Shown here: positions 62,047-64,000 of the stretch, one piece after another
Layout of the letters: the number at the start of each line of letters is the position of its first letter
How positions within the stretch are numbered: the first letter of the stretch is position 1
Assembly: GCF_044704955.1 (NCBI RefSeq)
Contig: NC_091992.1
Coordinates: forward strand, 37,076,001 to 37,140,000
Direction of reading: 5' to 3'
Source of the DNA: Pristiophorus japonicus
Lineage: Eukaryota
DNA: 64,000 bases
Translations under genes and position numbers: made by a program
Notes under the pieces: generated by a model
The model's input: only the letters and a program-made list of their open reading frames with translations
Database searches by the model: none
What the model was told of the DNA's origin: nothing

Positions 62047-64000
62047 TGTGATATATTCAGAGCACAGTACACACAGCTTCTAACATGGCAGGCAGCTCTC
62101 TCGGAAGCCTCCGGAAATCTGTCTGGTTCTGTTTATTATTAACCCTGCACTTGCAGTACACAATACGTCCACATCCACAGCGTGGAGCTACAAACATTAC
62201 AAGCTTACTGACATTACACTTCTCCCTCCTTAATGAAGAAGCTATCATAACAAACATCATACATAACTTTCATCTTTATACATAACACAGGATATAAACT
62301 TATTTTTTTTCCATATTTACAAATTTAACTTTACCACTTGTTTTCTGTTTCGCTCTCGAACAGAACCTTCCAAACATGGTCTCGAATCTAAACTCATTCG
62401 AGGCCCATCCTGAGGAACGTTTTCCTCCACGGAATTTCCTTGATTTTCATTTGAAGTCACTCTAACTTCAGGCTCTTTGTTTTCCTGACTCAGACTTAGA
62501 CTTTCATCCTGATTCTCTCCTGGATTTGTTTCCAGTACATTGGATTTAGGATTGCTACTGGTGTATCAAAATTATCTGATGAGTCAGAAATAATTGAATC
62601 ATTCCCACCTTCAACTCCTTCCATGTCTGTAGGTAAAATATGATCAATATGAACAAACCTAACCTGTCCATTATCAAATATCTTTACCAAATATGTGCGA
62701 GGACCACATATCTTCACCACTCTTCCTGGTAACCACTTTAACCATTTATGGTGATGGTTCTTCACTCTCACCTTCTGGTTTAATTTCACTCTTCTCGCTT
62801 TTACTCTATCTCTATCATGATTCTCTTTCTGTCTTAATTGTGTCTCTTCTACGAACTGTGCCAAATTTGGCTTTAACAAGGAGAATCTGGTTTGGCGCTG
62901 TCGTTTGAGAAACAACTCTGCTGGTGTTCTACCAGTAGTTGTATGAGGAGTATTTCGATATGTAATCAAAAAATTAGCCAATTTGTGATCCAATGACAAC
63001 TGTCGTTGCCTTGGATTTGGATCTAACATTTGTTTTATGAGGGCACGTTTTACAATTTGTACAGTGCGCTCTGCTGCAACATTCGAAGCAGGATGGTATG
63101 GTGGAACCTTGGTATGTTTCACACCATTTTTGCTCGTGAATTATGCAAATTCTTCTGAATGAAATTGTGGTCCATTATCCGAAACAATTTCTTCAGGGAG
63201 GCCAAATGAAGAAAATAATTTTCGTAAAATGTCCAATGTTTTACTTGTTATTATTTTCCACATTGGGAATACCTCAACCCACTTCGAATGGTTATCAATC
63301 ACAATGAACAATTGTTGTCCTTCTAACTCAGCAAAATCAATATGTAGCCTTTGCCACACCCTGGGAGGCCATTTCCATGGCTGTAATGGTACTGACGGGG
63401 TTTGCTTGCTTACCGATTGACATGTCGTACACTGACTCACGATGTACTCTATATCTTTATTAAGACCTGGCCACCATAAATAACTGCGTGCAAAACTCTT
63501 GGTCAAGCACATTCCCAGGTGCTGGTCATGGAGGTCTCCTAATAATTTGGACCTGAATTTATTTGGTATAACCACTCTTGCACCCCACATGATACAATCT
63601 TTATCGACTGATAATTCATTTCTACGAATGAAGAATGGATGTGTATCTTTGTCTGTTACCTGGTTTGGCCATCCATTTGCAATATACTCATACACCTTCG
63701 ACATCACTAGATCATGTTTAGTTGCTCTACCAATCTCTTCAGCTGTGACTGGCAGTTCATCAATGTATGAAAAATAAAACACTTCTTCCCTATCGGGTGT
63801 AACTTGTGATGGGGAACGCAATCTCGACATTGCATCAGCATTACTGTGATCAGCTGATTGCCTGTATTCAATATCATATGTATATGCTGACAAAATCAAA
63901 GCCCATCTCTGCATTCGGGCTGCAGCTAATGTTGGAACTGGGGTCTTTGGATGGAGGATTGCTGTTAGGGGCTTATGGTCCATAACAATGGTAAACTTAC
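62047..64000 (-). mobile_element. Gypsy element C: RNase H end, integrase, PPT and 3' LTR (62047-62218); continues beyond the window
   Basis: DHKPL, NADAMSRL, LHDQHLG...C..C, RLHIDFA, IVSDNGPQF, SNVAAER; long ORFs separated by one stop at 63141; LTR TGTAAT...ATCACA. Confidence 0.95.

Noticed and set aside
1-64000. Whole window as a piRNA cluster, CRISPR array or prokaryotic defence system
   Set aside because: TE orientation is mixed, high TE density is expected in such genomes, and there is no repeat-spacer array or operon-like intact ORF set. piRNA status would need small-RNA data.

Overview
Vertebrate genomic DNA that is almost entirely transposable elements. The repeat families (CR1/HER1-type LINEs, DeuSINE/SacSINE1-type SINEs, Penelope, L2, RTE, Harbinger) point to a cartilaginous fish (shark); this is inferred, not database-confirmed. 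No intact host protein-coding gene, rRNA, tRNA gene or CRISPR array is recognisable. The main elements are two full-length but decayed Mag-type Gypsy LTR retrotransposons with 5-bp TSDs (24016-28725 +, 54143-58858 -), a third Gypsy family present twice (62047-64000 -, running off the window, and a 5'-truncated copy at ~42918-44025 +), a solo LTR, a rearranged RTE LINE with TSD, Penelope remnants with GIY-YIG and degenerate hammerhead motifs, several PIF/Harbinger remnants and MITEs, many LINE/SINE fragments (often nested) and a ~200-N assembly gap. The observations most worth following up are a one-ended Gypsy fragment flanked by a ~65-bp target duplication, non-canonical TG...TA LTR ends, a primer-binding site extending into the tRNA T-arm, a conserved Arg-rich integrase tail resembling nucleosome-binding motifs, a 77-bp-arm hairpin and a fold-back replacing the RTE RT core. 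I found no convincing novel multi-gene system. Boundaries of old fragments are approximate.
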